Source: an uncultured PS1 clade bacterium (GTDB lineage: Bacteria > Pseudomonadota > Alphaproteobacteria > MED-G09). Taken from it: a stretch of DNA of 64,000 bases. How positions within the stretch are numbered: the stretch's first letter is position 1; each line of letters opens with the position of its first letter. Of the stretch, positions 48,693-59,056 are shown piece after piece. The notes below the pieces were generated by a model. The model made no database searches, had not been told where the DNA came from, and was given only the letters and a program-made list of their open reading frames with translations. The DNA lies in the NCBI GenBank assembly GCA_902537725.1, contig CACBCD010000001.1:79158-143157 (forward strand). The letters are read 5' to 3'. The position numbers were made by a program, and so were the translations under genes.

Positions 48693-49643
48693 TTGTCTAA
48701 TAATAAAACATCATCCAATGGTTCAGCAAAAGACTTAATAGAGAATATTCAGTCTAATTTTGAAAAACAAGGGTATATTTGTAACACTCATATTGCTACA
48801 GCAATATTTTTAAGCCAATCTCTAGTTAAACCTATTTTGGTAGAGGGCCCTCCTGGAGTCGGTAAAACAGAATTAGCAAAGGCAACAGCTGAGTGGATGA
48901 AAAAGCCTCTCATAAGACTTCAATGTTATGAAGGGCTTGATGAGGCAAAAGCGCTCTATGAGTGGAAGTATGGTAAACAATTACTTTATACTCAAGTTCT
49001 AAAAGACAAGTTGAATCAAATTGTTTCAAAATCTGATAGCCTTGAGTCTTCCATTGATAATTTGAATAATTTTGATGACATATTTTTTTCTGAAAAATTT
49101 TTAGAGCCGAGGCCTTTGCTAAAAGCTATAGAAAGTGAGAACGGTTCAGTTTTATTGATTGATGAAATTGACAAGTCCGATGATGAATTTGAAGCGTTTC
49201 TTCTTGAAATTTTATCAGATTATCAGGTTTCAATTCCAGAAATTGGTACAATAAAAGGAAATGTAAAACCAATTGTATTTTTAACATCAAATAATACAAG
49301 AGAAATAGGTGATGCTTTAAAAAGACGTTGTTTGCATTTATATATTCCTTTTCCTGATCCTTTCTTAGAAGAAAAAATCATTAGCTCGAGAGTTCCTGAA
49401 ATTGATAAAAATTTAAAAGTTCAGTTAGTTAACTTTGTTCAGGGGTTAAGAAATTTAGACTTAAAAAAGCTTCCTTCTGTTTCAGAGACTATCGATTGGG
49501 CAAGATCACTTGTTTTATTAAATGTAAAAAGTCTTGAACCAAATTTAGTAAGAGAAACTCTAAATATTTTATTAAAATTTCAAACAGATATCGATGTTTC
49601 TGATCCTGAAATAGATAATCTTATTGAGCAGTCAAAAAAGTAG
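48693..49643 (+). CDS. MoxR/CoxD-like AAA+ ATPase
   Basis: 316 aa. TTG start with AAGGAG SD. Walker A GPPGVGKTELAK, Walker B LLIDEIDK. Confidence 0.8.
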   Translation: MSNNKTSSNGSAKDLIENIQSNFEKQGYICNTHIATAIFLSQSLVKPILVEGPPGVGKTELAKATAEWMKKPLIRLQCYEGLDEAKALYEWKYGKQLLYTQVLKDKLNQIVSKSDSLESSIDNLNNFDDIFFSEKFLEPRPLLKAIESENGSVLLIDEIDKSDDEFEAFLLEILSDYQVSIPEIGTIKGNVKPIVFLTSNNTREIGDALKRRCLHLYIPFPDPFLEEKIISSRVPEIDKNLKVQLVNFVQGLRNLDLKKLPSVSETIDWARSLVLLNVKSLEPNLVRETLNILLKFQTDIDVSDPEIDNLIEQSKK

Positions 49644-50996
49644 ATGGTCGATTTTCTAAGAGATTTTATACATATTCTTAGATCATCTGATTTAAGAGTA
49701 TCAACATCTGAAAGTATAGACGCGATGAATGTTGTTTCAAAGATTGGTTTCAATAATAAGTCTTTGTTGAGAGATTCCTTATCTTTTTCATTGGCAAAAA
49801 CCCTAAGAGAAAAAGAAATATTTAATGAGTGTTTTGATAATTTTTTCAAAGAAAATTATATGAACTTAAAACACAATGAATTACCTCAAGAAAAATTTGA
49901 GGAGGATATTGAGCTCGAAGAACTAAATAATTTAGAAAAAAAACAAAAAAATCTAGAAGAATTATATAAAAACTCTGATAAAACATCATTAATGACAGCA
50001 ATGGCCTTAGCGTCAAGAGATGCAAATCTTCAAGATATTAAACTTTTCACTCAGGTAGGAATGTTTACTCGTAAAATATTTGATGAGATGGGCCTTGAGA
50101 CATTAAACAATGATATTTTTCAAGCTTCAAGACAAGGGAATACTGAAAGAGAGAGTGAGTTAAAAAATATAAGAGAGAGCCTTCGTCTAGAAATTAGAGA
50201 CTATGTTGAAAATCAAGTAAAACTCAGAACAACAAATGCAGGTAAACAATTAAGAGAAGATGCATTATCTCAAATGCGATTAACGCAAGCAGATAAATCT
50301 GATTATCAAATTATGTCAGGTATTATTAAAAAAATGGCTAGGCGACTAATATCTGTCCATTCAAGAAGAAAAAGAAAATCACAAAGGGGTATGCTTGATA
50401 TTCGTTCAACTATAAGAGCAAATCAGGAGTATGATGGGATTTTATTTGAAACAATTTGGAAAAAAACAAAAGTTGATAGACCAAAAATTGTCGCTCTTTG
50501 CGATGTTTCTGGTTCTGTAGCAAATGTTTCAAGGTTTTTTTTAATGTTTCTTCATAGTCTCACAGAGATACTTCCAAATGTAAGGACATTTGCATTTTCT
50601 AATAAAGCAGGCGAGGTTACAGATCTTTTTGAAAATAAAGATATAGAAGTTGCGGCAGCAGAAACCTTATTATTAAATGGAGGAGGGTCCACAGATTATG
50701 GACAGGCTTTTGTTGATCTTGAGGGATTGTTAGAAAATAATATTGACAGGAAGACAACAGTAATAATTTTAGGAGATGCTCGATCTAATTATGGTGATCC
50801 AAGGTGCGATGTACTAAAGACAATTCAAGAAAAGTCTAAAAGAATTTTATTTTTGAATCCTGAACCAAAGTCTGTTTGGGGTACCGGTGATTCTGAAATG
50901 TTAAGATTTGTTCCTTATTGTTCAAAATCAAAAGTATGTAGTTCTTTATTTGACCTCGAGAGAATTGTGGATGATATGCTTAGATCCAGTATTTAA
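49644..50996 (+). CDS. VWA-domain protein (CoxE-like partner of MoxR ATPase)
   Basis: 450 aa. Start abuts the MoxR stop. MIDAS-like ALCDVSGSV ... GGGSTDYG ... ILGDARSN. Confidence 0.75.
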   Translation: MVDFLRDFIHILRSSDLRVSTSESIDAMNVVSKIGFNNKSLLRDSLSFSLAKTLREKEIFNECFDNFFKENYMNLKHNELPQEKFEEDIELEELNNLEKKQKNLEELYKNSDKTSLMTAMALASRDANLQDIKLFTQVGMFTRKIFDEMGLETLNNDIFQASRQGNTERESELKNIRESLRLEIRDYVENQVKLRTTNAGKQLREDALSQMRLTQADKSDYQIMSGIIKKMARRLISVHSRRKRKSQRGMLDIRSTIRANQEYDGILFETIWKKTKVDRPKIVALCDVSGSVANVSRFFLMFLHSLTEILPNVRTFAFSNKAGEVTDLFENKDIEVAAAETLLLNGGGSTDYGQAFVDLEGLLENNIDRKTTVIILGDARSNYGDPRCDVLKTIQEKSKRILFLNPEPKSVWGTGDSEMLRFVPYCSKSKVCSSLFDLERIVDDMLRSSI

Positions 50997-52414
50997 ATTG
51001 GAAGATTTCTTTTGCCAGTTAAGAAATGGTCTACTGAACTTGCACATTGCCTACCTTCTCTGATAGCCCAAACTACTAAAGATTGTCCTCTTCGCATATC
51101 GCCTGCAGTGAAAATTTTGTTTGCCGATGTTTTATAATCCTCTGTATTCGCTTTAACATTTCCTCTCTCATCAAGTTCTGTTTTTGAGTTCTCAATCATC
51201 CCCTCATGGATTGGATGAACAAAGCCCATTGCTAATAAAATTAGATCCGCCTTTAAACTGAATTCAGTTTTTGGAATTGGTTTCATTTTTTCATCGACTT
51301 TAATACAGTTAATGCCAGTAACTTTTCCACTTTCACCCGAGAGACTCTGAGTCATAACAGAAAAATCTCTTAACGCTCCTTCCGATTGACTAGAGGAGGT
51401 TCTTAGTTTTAGAGGCCAATTTGGCCATGTTATTGATTTATCCTCCTGTTCTGGAGGAATAGGCATAATTTCAAGTTGTGTAACAGATTCGGCACCTTGT
51501 CTAATTGAAGTTCCTATACAATCTGAACCTGTATCACCACCACCAATTACAATTACATTTTTATTTGTGGCTAGTATTTCTTTTGTTTTTGCAGGAACAC
51601 CCTCATTGGATACTCTTTTATTTTGTTGAGGTAAAAATTCCATTGCAAAATGAATACCATCTAAGTCTCTTCCTTCCACTGGCAAATCTCTTGGATGCTC
51701 AGATCCACCAGATAAGACAATTGCATCAAAATTATTTTCTAAATCTTCGATAGTTATATCAATACCAACATTAATCCCATACTTAAAGATTATTCCTTCC
51801 TCTTCTAATTGGTTAATACGTCTATCAATAATATGTTTTTCCATTTTAAAGTCTGGAATGCCATATCTTAACAAACCTCCAGCTTTATTATTTTTTTCAT
51901 AAACTGTAACTTCGTGACCAACTCTTGCAAGTTGCTGCGCACAAGCAAGACCAGCAGGACCGGCACCAATCACTGAAACTTTTTTCCCAGTTTGGTTTTT
52001 AGCGATTTTAGGTTTAATCCAGCCTTCATCAAAACCCTTATCAATAATAGCACATTCAATTGTTTTTATTGAAACAGGTTCTTCATATAAATTTAGAGTA
52101 CATGCTGCTTCGCATGGAGCAGGACAAATTCTTCCAGTAAATTCAGGAAAGTTATTTGTTGAATGTAAATTCTCTAGTGCATTTTTCCAATCATCCGAAT
52201 AAACCAAATCATTCCAATCAGGAATTTGATTGTTCACAGGGCATCCATTATGACAGTAGGGCACGCCGCAATCCATACATCTTGCAGCTTGCTTTATTGT
52301 TTCTTCCTTTGTTAATGGAATAACAAATTCTTTATAATTTGATATCCTTTCAGATACAGGTTTGTACCCTCTATCTACTTTTTCTATATCCATAAATCCT
52401 GTTGGTTTACCCAT
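50993..52414 (-). CDS. gltD: Glutamate synthase (NADPH) small subunit
   Basis: 473 aa. Cys clusters CMDCGVPYC / [21 protein letters not shown]. Confidence 0.9.
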   Translation of the reverse strand: MGKPTGFMDIEKVDRGYKPVSERISNYKEFVIPLTKEETIKQAARCMDCGVPYCHNGCPVNNQIPDWNDLVYSDDWKNALENLHSTNNFPEFTGRICPAPCEAACTLNLYEEPVSIKTIECAIIDKGFDEGWIKPKIAKNQTGKKVSVIGAGPAGLACAQQLARVGHEVTVYEKNNKAGGLLRYGIPDFKMEKHIIDRRINQLEEEGIIFKYGINVGIDITIEDLENNFDAIVLSGGSEHPRDLPVEGRDLDGIHFAMEFLPQQNKRVSNEGVPAKTKEILATNKNVIVIGGGDTGSDCIGTSIRQGAESVTQLEIMPIPPEQEDKSITWPNWPLKLRTSSSQSEGALRDFSVMTQSLSGESGKVTGINCIKVDEKMKPIPKTEFSLKADLILLAMGFVHPIHEGMIENSKTELDERGNVKANTEDYKTSANKIFTAGDMRRGQSLVVWAIREGRQCASSVDHFLTGKRNLPI

Positions 52415-52417
52415 TGT

Positions 52418-55400
52418 CTATCCTTTTACTGAGTCTTTTGAGGTTTCTTTGCTAGAATACATATCCATAAGTACTCTTTTGTATTCTGTTGGCATTACTT
52501 TAATAAATTTTGGAAGATAGTTTTCAAAATTATCTAAAATTCTTTTTGCTTTTTGACTATTCGTATAACGGTGATGATTTTCAATCAGATTTTTCAATCT
52601 TTCCTTATCATGAATTAAGAGATTATCAGTGAATACTTTTTCATCGGAATTGCTAATTTTCTCTAATTCAATCATTTCTGAATTATAGAGATCTTTGAAA
52701 TTATTGTCTTCATCAAGAACATAAGCTATACCACCGGACATACCTGCACCAAAATTTCTACCAACTTTTCCTAGGACAACTATAATTCCTCCCGTCATAT
52801 ACTCACAGCAATGATCTCCCGCGCCTTCAACAACAGCCGTCGCTCCTGAATTTCTTACAGCAAATCTCTCTCCCGCAATTCCATTAAAGTAGCACTCCCC
52901 AGTAATACCTCCATAAAGAACAGTGTTTCCAACAATAATATTTTCTTCAGGTGTTATGTTAGAATTTTTCGGTGGATATATTGCTATACGTCCTCCAGAA
53001 ATTCCTTTACCAACATAGTCATTGGCTTCACCCTCAAGATCAAGAGATATACCTTTTGCAAGAAAAACTCCAAAGCTTTGTCCAGCTGTACCTTTTAACT
53101 TAATATTAATTGTATCTTCCGCTAAACCTTTATGACCATGAACTTTAGCAATTTCTCCAGAGAGCATTGCTCCTGTTGACCGATCAGTATTTTTTATTTC
53201 TGATGAAATTTGAACTGGCTTTAATTCATTAATAGCTTTTGAAGATTCTTTGATTAATTTCCTATCTAAAATTTCATAAATATCATGGTTTTGTTCTTCA
53301 CTCCTATATATTGTATCACCATCCCAAGGGTCTGGTTTATAGAATAATTTCTCAAAATCCATACCTTGAGTCTTCCAATGTTTTACAGCTTCGTCAGTAT
53401 CTAAGAATTGTGTTTGACCAATCATTTCATCAAAAGTCTTGAAACCCATTTTACTCATATATGATCTTGCCTCTTCAGCAACAAAGAAGAAGAAATTGAT
53501 TACATGTTCTGGTTGCCCATTAAAAAGTTTTCTAAGTTCTGGATCTTGAGTTGCTATTCCGACTGGACAAGTATTTAAATGACATTTTCTCATCATTATA
53601 CATCCTGATGCAATTAATGGAGCTGTAGAGAAACCAAATTCATCTGCGCCTAACAGAGCCGCTACAACAACATCGCGACCGGTTTTTAATCCTCCGTCTG
53701 CCTGTACTGTTATTCTTGATCGAAGACCATTTATAACGAGTGTTTGATGAGTTTCAGCCAGCCCAAGCTCCCAAGGACTTCCTGCGTGCTTAATTGATGT
53801 AAGAGGGCTTGCTCCAGTTCCACCTTCAAATCCTGAAATAGTAACATGATCAGCCTTAGCTTTTGAAACTCCTGCAGCAACTGTACCTACACCAACTTCA
53901 GATACTAATTTAACAGATATATCGGCAGATGGATTAGTATTTTTGAGATCATAAATTAGTTGAGCTAAATCTTCGATAGAATAAATATCATGGTGAGGAG
54001 GAGGAGAAATTAGACCAACTCCTGGTGTTGAAAATCTGACACTTGCAATAGTTTGATCAACTTTGTGTCCTGGAAGTTGTCCTCCTTCTCCAGGTTTAGC
54101 ACCTTGTGCCATTTTAATTTGTATCATATCAGAGTTTGCTAGATATTCAGCTGTAACTCCGAATCTGCCAGATGCAACCTGCTTAATTGATGAACGCATA
54201 GAGTCACCATTTTCCATAGTAAGGAAACGGTCTGCTTCTTCGCCGCCTTCTCCAGTATTAGATCGACCACCTATTCTATTCATTGCAATGGCAAGGTTAG
54301 TATGGGCTTCTCTACTAATTGATCCAAAAGACATAGCCCCTGTTGCAAAACGTTTAACAATTTCTTTTGCTTCTTCAACCTCTTCAATTGCAATTGGTTT
54401 TTTTGAAAAATCCTCAGCTTTTTTAATTTTAAAAAGGCCTCTTAATGTCATTAATTTTTCATTCTGTATATTTAGAGAGTCTGCATATTTTTTGTAGGTA
54501 TCAGAACTATTCGAACGAACAGCATGCTGAAGATCTCTAACAGTATCGCTCTCCCAAGAATGTTTTTCACCTCTTAATCGAACAGCATACTCTCCACCAA
54601 CGTCAAGTAAGTTTTCAAGTCCAGAGACTTTAGAGAAAGCATCATTATGTCTTGAAATTGTTTCTTTCTCTATCTCCTCAATACCAAGCCCTTCAACTAA
54701 GCTTGAGGTACCTGTAAAAAATTCATCAATAAATTCAGTTGAAAGACCAATAGCATCGAATATTTGGGCACCACAATAAGACTGGTATGTACATATTCCC
54801 ATTTTAGACATAACTTTTTTAATCCCTTTTCCAAGAGCTTTAATAAAGTTTTCAATAGCTTTCTTTTGGTCAGAATTTACTGCGAGATTTTCAACAACCT
54901 TCATTGCTAACCAAGGATGAATTGCATCAGCACCATAACCTGCCAAACAGCAGAAGTGATGAACTTCTCTGGCTTCACCGGTTTCAATTATTAGACCAGC
55001 AGAAGTTCTTAAACCTTTCTCTATTAAATATTGGTGAACTTTAGATGTAGCTAAAAGGGATGGAATAGGTACTTTTTTCTCAGTTATAAATTTATCAGAC
55101 AAAATAATAATTGTTTTTCCATTATTAATTGCCTTTTCAGCTTTTTCACAAATAGCTTTTAAAACATTCTCTATTTTTTCATCTTCTGCATTAAAAGTAA
55201 TATCAATAACTTCTGACGAGATAAAAGAGTTATTATTATTTGATAAATTCTTAATTTTATTGGCGTTGTTTTCATCTAAAATCGGGGTATTAATTTTTAT
55301 AAACTTTGAGACTTCTTTTTGATCTAAACTTAATACATTTGGTCTAGGTCCTATATAATTGTTTAAGGCCATAACCATCTCTTCTCTAATAGGATCAATA

Positions 55401-57043
55401 GGAGGATTTGTTACTTGAGCGAATTTCTGTTTGAAATAAGTGAACATTGGTTTTGACTTCAACGAGAGAGGTGCGATAGGTGTATCTGTTCCCATAGAAC
55501 CGGTTGCTTCCATACCGCTAGCAATCATTGGATTAATAAGAAATTTTTCATCTTCCTGAGTATACCCAAAAGCTTTTTGGAGTTCTTTTAAAGAGTAATC
55601 ACTTTCAAAATTCTCATCTGAATTTGGAATATCATCAATATTTAATTGATTTAATTTTAAAAGTTTTTCCCATGGCCTTTTATTAGCAACATTGTTTTTA
55701 ATTTCTTGGTCATTAATCATAGCTCCTTTTTCGAGATCAATGAGAAGCATTTTTCCTGGTTCTAATCTCCATTTAGACTTAACTTTAGTCTCATCAACAG
55801 GAATTAAACCCATTTCAGAAGCAAAAATAACTTTATCATCTTCAGTTATCAAATACCTTGCTGGCCTGAGACCGTTTCTATCAAGCAATGCACCAATTTG
55901 TTTGCCATCGGTAAAAGCAATATTAGCTGGGCCATCCCAAGGCTCCATAATCGGTGCATGATACTCATAAAAACTTTTTAGATTTTTATCCATTATATCA
56001 TTATTTTGCCAAGCTTCCGGTATCATAATTAGCATTGCCTCAGAAATAGAGTATCCTCCGCGAACAAGAAGCTCTAATGCATTGTCAAATGATGCACTAT
56101 CAGATTGACCTTCCTCAATTACTGGCCAAATTTTATTAAGATCATTTTCTGAAAAAGAGGGCGATGCCAAATTCTTATGACGAGCATTCATCCAATTTAT
56201 ATTACCTCTAACAGTATTTATTTCTCCATTATGACATAACATTCTAAATGGTTGAGCTAAGCTCCATGTTGGAAAAGTATTGGTTGAGAATCTTTGATGA
56301 ATTAAAGCAAAGGAAGACTCAATATCGCTATCTGTTAAGTCCTCGTAAAAACCTAATTTTTCACCAAGACCACCAACTTGATCTGCTAAAACCATTCCTT
56401 TATATAAAATCGTTCTCGATGAAAATGATGGAATATAAAAGCCTTCATGAATTTGATCTGAAATTTCTAAAACTTCCTTTTCTATACAACGCCTTAAGAT
56501 AAACAGTTTTTTTTCAAAATCATCTTGAGACATTTCGCTTTCAGGTTTCTCTAAAAACAATTGATAAACAACTGGGGTTGAAGGTAAGACGGACCAACCA
56601 AGTTCTTTTGTATAGGTTGGGCATAACCTCCAACCCAAAATATTAATTTGCTCTTTTAAACAAACTTTTTCTATTAATGATTTAATTTTCTTTTCATCGT
56701 CGGTATTATTTGGAATGAATATTACACCAACTCCATAATCACCTGGTTTTGGAATTGAAAAACTCTCCGCAACTTTTTTTTCTAGGAATTTGTGAGGAAT
56801 TTGAATTAATAATCCCGATCCGTCACCAGCTTTTGGATCTGCACCAACCGCACCTCTATGTTCAAGATTGCAAAGCATAGCCAGACCTTTTTCAACAATG
56901 TCAAATGAAGGTCTATTTTTTATATCTAGAACAAGACCTACACCACAAGCATCGTGCTCATTTACCGGATTATATAGTCCTTGAGCTTTTGGTAATCCAG
57001 CTATTTTAAATTTTGTTTTTTTCGACATAAAGTCATCTGTCAT
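52418..57043 (-). CDS. gltB: Glutamate synthase large subunit
   Basis: 1541 aa. Ntn amidotransferase HDACGVG, FMN and 3Fe-4S regions, C-terminal GXGXG beta-helix. Confidence 0.92.
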   Translation of the reverse strand: MTDDFMSKKTKFKIAGLPKAQGLYNPVNEHDACGVGLVLDIKNRPSFDIVEKGLAMLCNLEHRGAVGADPKAGDGSGLLIQIPHKFLEKKVAESFSIPKPGDYGVGVIFIPNNTDDEKKIKSLIEKVCLKEQINILGWRLCPTYTKELGWSVLPSTPVVYQLFLEKPESEMSQDDFEKKLFILRRCIEKEVLEISDQIHEGFYIPSFSSRTILYKGMVLADQVGGLGEKLGFYEDLTDSDIESSFALIHQRFSTNTFPTWSLAQPFRMLCHNGEINTVRGNINWMNARHKNLASPSFSENDLNKIWPVIEEGQSDSASFDNALELLVRGGYSISEAMLIMIPEAWQNNDIMDKNLKSFYEYHAPIMEPWDGPANIAFTDGKQIGALLDRNGLRPARYLITEDDKVIFASEMGLIPVDETKVKSKWRLEPGKMLLIDLEKGAMINDQEIKNNVANKRPWEKLLKLNQLNIDDIPNSDENFESDYSLKELQKAFGYTQEDEKFLINPMIASGMEATGSMGTDTPIAPLSLKSKPMFTYFKQKFAQVTNPPIDPIREEMVMALNNYIGPRPNVLSLDQKEVSKFIKINTPILDENNANKIKNLSNNNNSFISSEVIDITFNAEDEKIENVLKAICEKAEKAINNGKTIIILSDKFITEKKVPIPSLLATSKVHQYLIEKGLRTSAGLIIETGEAREVHHFCCLAGYGADAIHPWLAMKVVENLAVNSDQKKAIENFIKALGKGIKKVMSKMGICTYQSYCGAQIFDAIGLSTEFIDEFFTGTSSLVEGLGIEEIEKETISRHNDAFSKVSGLENLLDVGGEYAVRLRGEKHSWESDTVRDLQHAVRSNSSDTYKKYADSLNIQNEKLMTLRGLFKIKKAEDFSKKPIAIEEVEEAKEIVKRFATGAMSFGSISREAHTNLAIAMNRIGGRSNTGEGGEEADRFLTMENGDSMRSSIKQVASGRFGVTAEYLANSDMIQIKMAQGAKPGEGGQLPGHKVDQTIASVRFSTPGVGLISPPPHHDIYSIEDLAQLIYDLKNTNPSADISVKLVSEVGVGTVAAGVSKAKADHVTISGFEGGTGASPLTSIKHAGSPWELGLAETHQTLVINGLRSRITVQADGGLKTGRDVVVAALLGADEFGFSTAPLIASGCIMMRKCHLNTCPVGIATQDPELRKLFNGQPEHVINFFFFVAEEARSYMSKMGFKTFDEMIGQTQFLDTDEAVKHWKTQGMDFEKLFYKPDPWDGDTIYRSEEQNHDIYEILDRKLIKESSKAINELKPVQISSEIKNTDRSTGAMLSGEIAKVHGHKGLAEDTINIKLKGTAGQSFGVFLAKGISLDLEGEANDYVGKGISGGRIAIYPPKNSNITPEENIIVGNTVLYGGITGECYFNGIAGERFAVRNSGATAVVEGAGDHCCEYMTGGIIVVLGKVGRNFGAGMSGGIAYVLDEDNNFKDLYNSEMIELEKISNSDEKVFTDNLLIHDKERLKNLIENHHRYTNSQKAKRILDNFENYLPKFIKVMPTEYKRVLMDMYSSKETSKDSVKG

Positions 57044-57166
57044 TGACTGCTCTTCTAAAATAAAAAATGTTAATTATTATTATTTTGATAAAGAAATTAA
57101 ATTTCTAAGTTGTACGTATATAAAGAAAAAATTCAAAGATTGCAACCTAGTGTTGTATAAATACAA

Positions 57167-57185
57167 CAATTGATAATCATTCTCA
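57167..57185. promoter_or_regulatory. Fur-box-like site upstream of gltB
   Basis: tgataatcattctc (57171-84) matches TGATAATCATTATC of the classical Fur consensus at 13 of 14 positions. The background is AT-rich, so a chance match is possible. Confidence 0.3.
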
Positions 57186-57232
57186 AGATAACTTATTGAA
57201 ATAATTAGATCAAATTATTTTTAGCAATTTCT

Positions 57233-57391
57233 TTATGGCCTGAGTCCAAATTTGGTTTTGCCTTTTTTTCGAAGTTTAGATGTTAAATTTACAAACTCTG
57301 ATAAGTATTTTCTAGTATCTCTAGGATCGATTATTTCTTCTGCAATAAATGCTTCAGCTGTGCGAAAAGGTGATCTGACTTTTTCCAGTTC
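57233..57391 (-). pseudogene. Orphan 3' remnant of an acyl-CoA carboxylase carboxyltransferase (beta-subunit) gene
   Basis: Own translation: ELEKVRSPFRTAEAFIAEEIIDPRDTRKYLSEFVNLTSKLRKKGKTKFGLRP*. It resembles the conserved C-terminus (..P..AAE.G.ID.IIDPRDTR..) of PccB/MccB-type proteins. No in-frame ATG start codon. The frame is closed by a stop at ~57437, inside the POT transporter gene. Confidence 0.6.
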
Positions 57392-57395
57392 ATAA

Positions 57396-58856
57396 TTAAC
57401 TCTTTTTGAAAACCCAATTTTGTATAGGTTTAGAAATCAAAATTAATAACAAACCAAAGCAAGATCCTATTATTGCAATTTGATTAAATAGGCCTGGCAT
57501 AGAAGACAAACCATCATTAGTAGCTTGTCCAGAAATTAGACCTGCTAAAATTGCACCAAGGGAAGATGCCAAAAACCAAACCCCCATCATCTGACCAATG
57601 AATCTTTTTGGCGATAATGATGAAATTGCCGCAAGACCAATAGGGCTTAGGATAAGCTCTCCAATTGTATGAAAAAGATAAGTTAACAATAACCATTTTG
57701 CTCCAGCAAGCCCTTCACTAAGAGCTACTTGGGCTCCTATGGATATAATAACAAAACCGATAGCCATAAAAATTAAACCTAATCCAAATTTAAAAGGCAA
57801 ACTTGGATCGAGCATCTTTTTACCTAAAAAAATCCAAAGGTAAGACATGAATGGGGCTAAAATTACTACAAATAAAGGATTTAAAATCTGTAACCAGCTA
57901 GCAGGATATTCCCAGCCAAATATAATTCTATCAGTGTATTCTTTTGCAAAAATATTAAAAGAACTTCCTCCTTGATCAAACCCTGACCAGAATAATGCTG
58001 CCCCAATAAAAAGGACAAAGATCATTAAAACTTTCTTTTTCTCATCCTCATTTAACCGGCCAAGAAAATAAATATATAAAAAATAAATGAGACTAATTGA
58101 TGCAATTATTAAAGTTAAAATATTTGCTAATGGTATAGGATTTATTGACCATAAGCCTGTTAATCCAGAGAAAATAAAGATCAAAGTTAATAATGAAATT
58201 GTTAGAGTAATTTTTCTATAAGTATTTCTTTTTTCTTGACTGATTATATTGCTTGGCTTTAGTCCAATATCGCCAAGTGACTTTAAATTAAATTTATATT
58301 GCAAAACTCCAAGTAACATTCCAATGCCAGCTGCACCAAATCCATAATGCCACCCAATGTTTTCTCCAAGATATCCGCATATAAAGAAGCCTAAAATACT
58401 ACCAATATTTATCGACATATAAAAAATAGTAAAACCTGACTCTTTCATTGAGGGATTATTTTCATATAAACCACCAACAATTGCCGATATATTTGGTTTT
58501 AATAAACCAGTGCCTAATACAACAAGGATTAAACCAAGATAGAAGAAATTCATATTTGGTACGGCTAGTGATAGATGACCAAACATAATTACAATTCCAC
58601 CAAAAAGAATTGTTTTTTGCTGACCAAAAAGATTATCAGCTATCCATCCGCCTGGTAAAGCCATTAAATAAACTGCAGCAGCGTAAATACCGTAAATAGC
58701 ACTTGCAGAAGCATTGCTAAAATCAAGTCCGCCATTTGTAATTGAAGCAGTCATGAAAAGAACAAGAATCCCTCTCATTCCGTAGTATGACATTCTCTCC
58801 CACATTTCTGTGAAAAACAATGTTCTCAAACCTAAAGGGTGCTTATTTTCACTCAT
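57396..58856 (-). CDS. Proton-dependent oligopeptide transporter (POT/PTR2, DtpT-like)
   Basis: 486 aa. PTR2 signature FFTEMWERMSYYGMRGIL. Multiple TM segments. Confidence 0.85.
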   Translation of the reverse strand: MSENKHPLGLRTLFFTEMWERMSYYGMRGILVLFMTASITNGGLDFSNASASAIYGIYAAAVYLMALPGGWIADNLFGQQKTILFGGIVIMFGHLSLAVPNMNFFYLGLILVVLGTGLLKPNISAIVGGLYENNPSMKESGFTIFYMSINIGSILGFFICGYLGENIGWHYGFGAAGIGMLLGVLQYKFNLKSLGDIGLKPSNIISQEKRNTYRKITLTISLLTLIFIFSGLTGLWSINPIPLANILTLIIASISLIYFLYIYFLGRLNEDEKKKVLMIFVLFIGAALFWSGFDQGGSSFNIFAKEYTDRIIFGWEYPASWLQILNPLFVVILAPFMSYLWIFLGKKMLDPSLPFKFGLGLIFMAIGFVIISIGAQVALSEGLAGAKWLLLTYLFHTIGELILSPIGLAAISSLSPKRFIGQMMGVWFLASSLGAILAGLISGQATNDGLSSMPGLFNQIAIIGSCFGLLLILISKPIQNWVFKKS

Positions 58857-59056
58857 CCTTTATCAACCCTTTTAATTAGTTTCGAAATAATAATTAATAT
58901 TAAAATTAAAGAATTTGTAATGGAATAATAAATATTCTTTTATTTAATTGTTAATTACACTAATAATCTACTAGAATCAAACTTATCGCATATCTTCTAG
59001 GGAAATTATTTAAGGGGAATTTATATGGCTATAGTTATAAATGATCTATTTGAACT

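Noticed and set aside
54063-54497. 144-aa plus-strand ORF inside gltB. Similar ORFs at 55692-55961 and 56248-56502.
   Set aside because: Embedded antisense to a strongly supported conserved gene. Pro/Ser-rich nonsense-like products.
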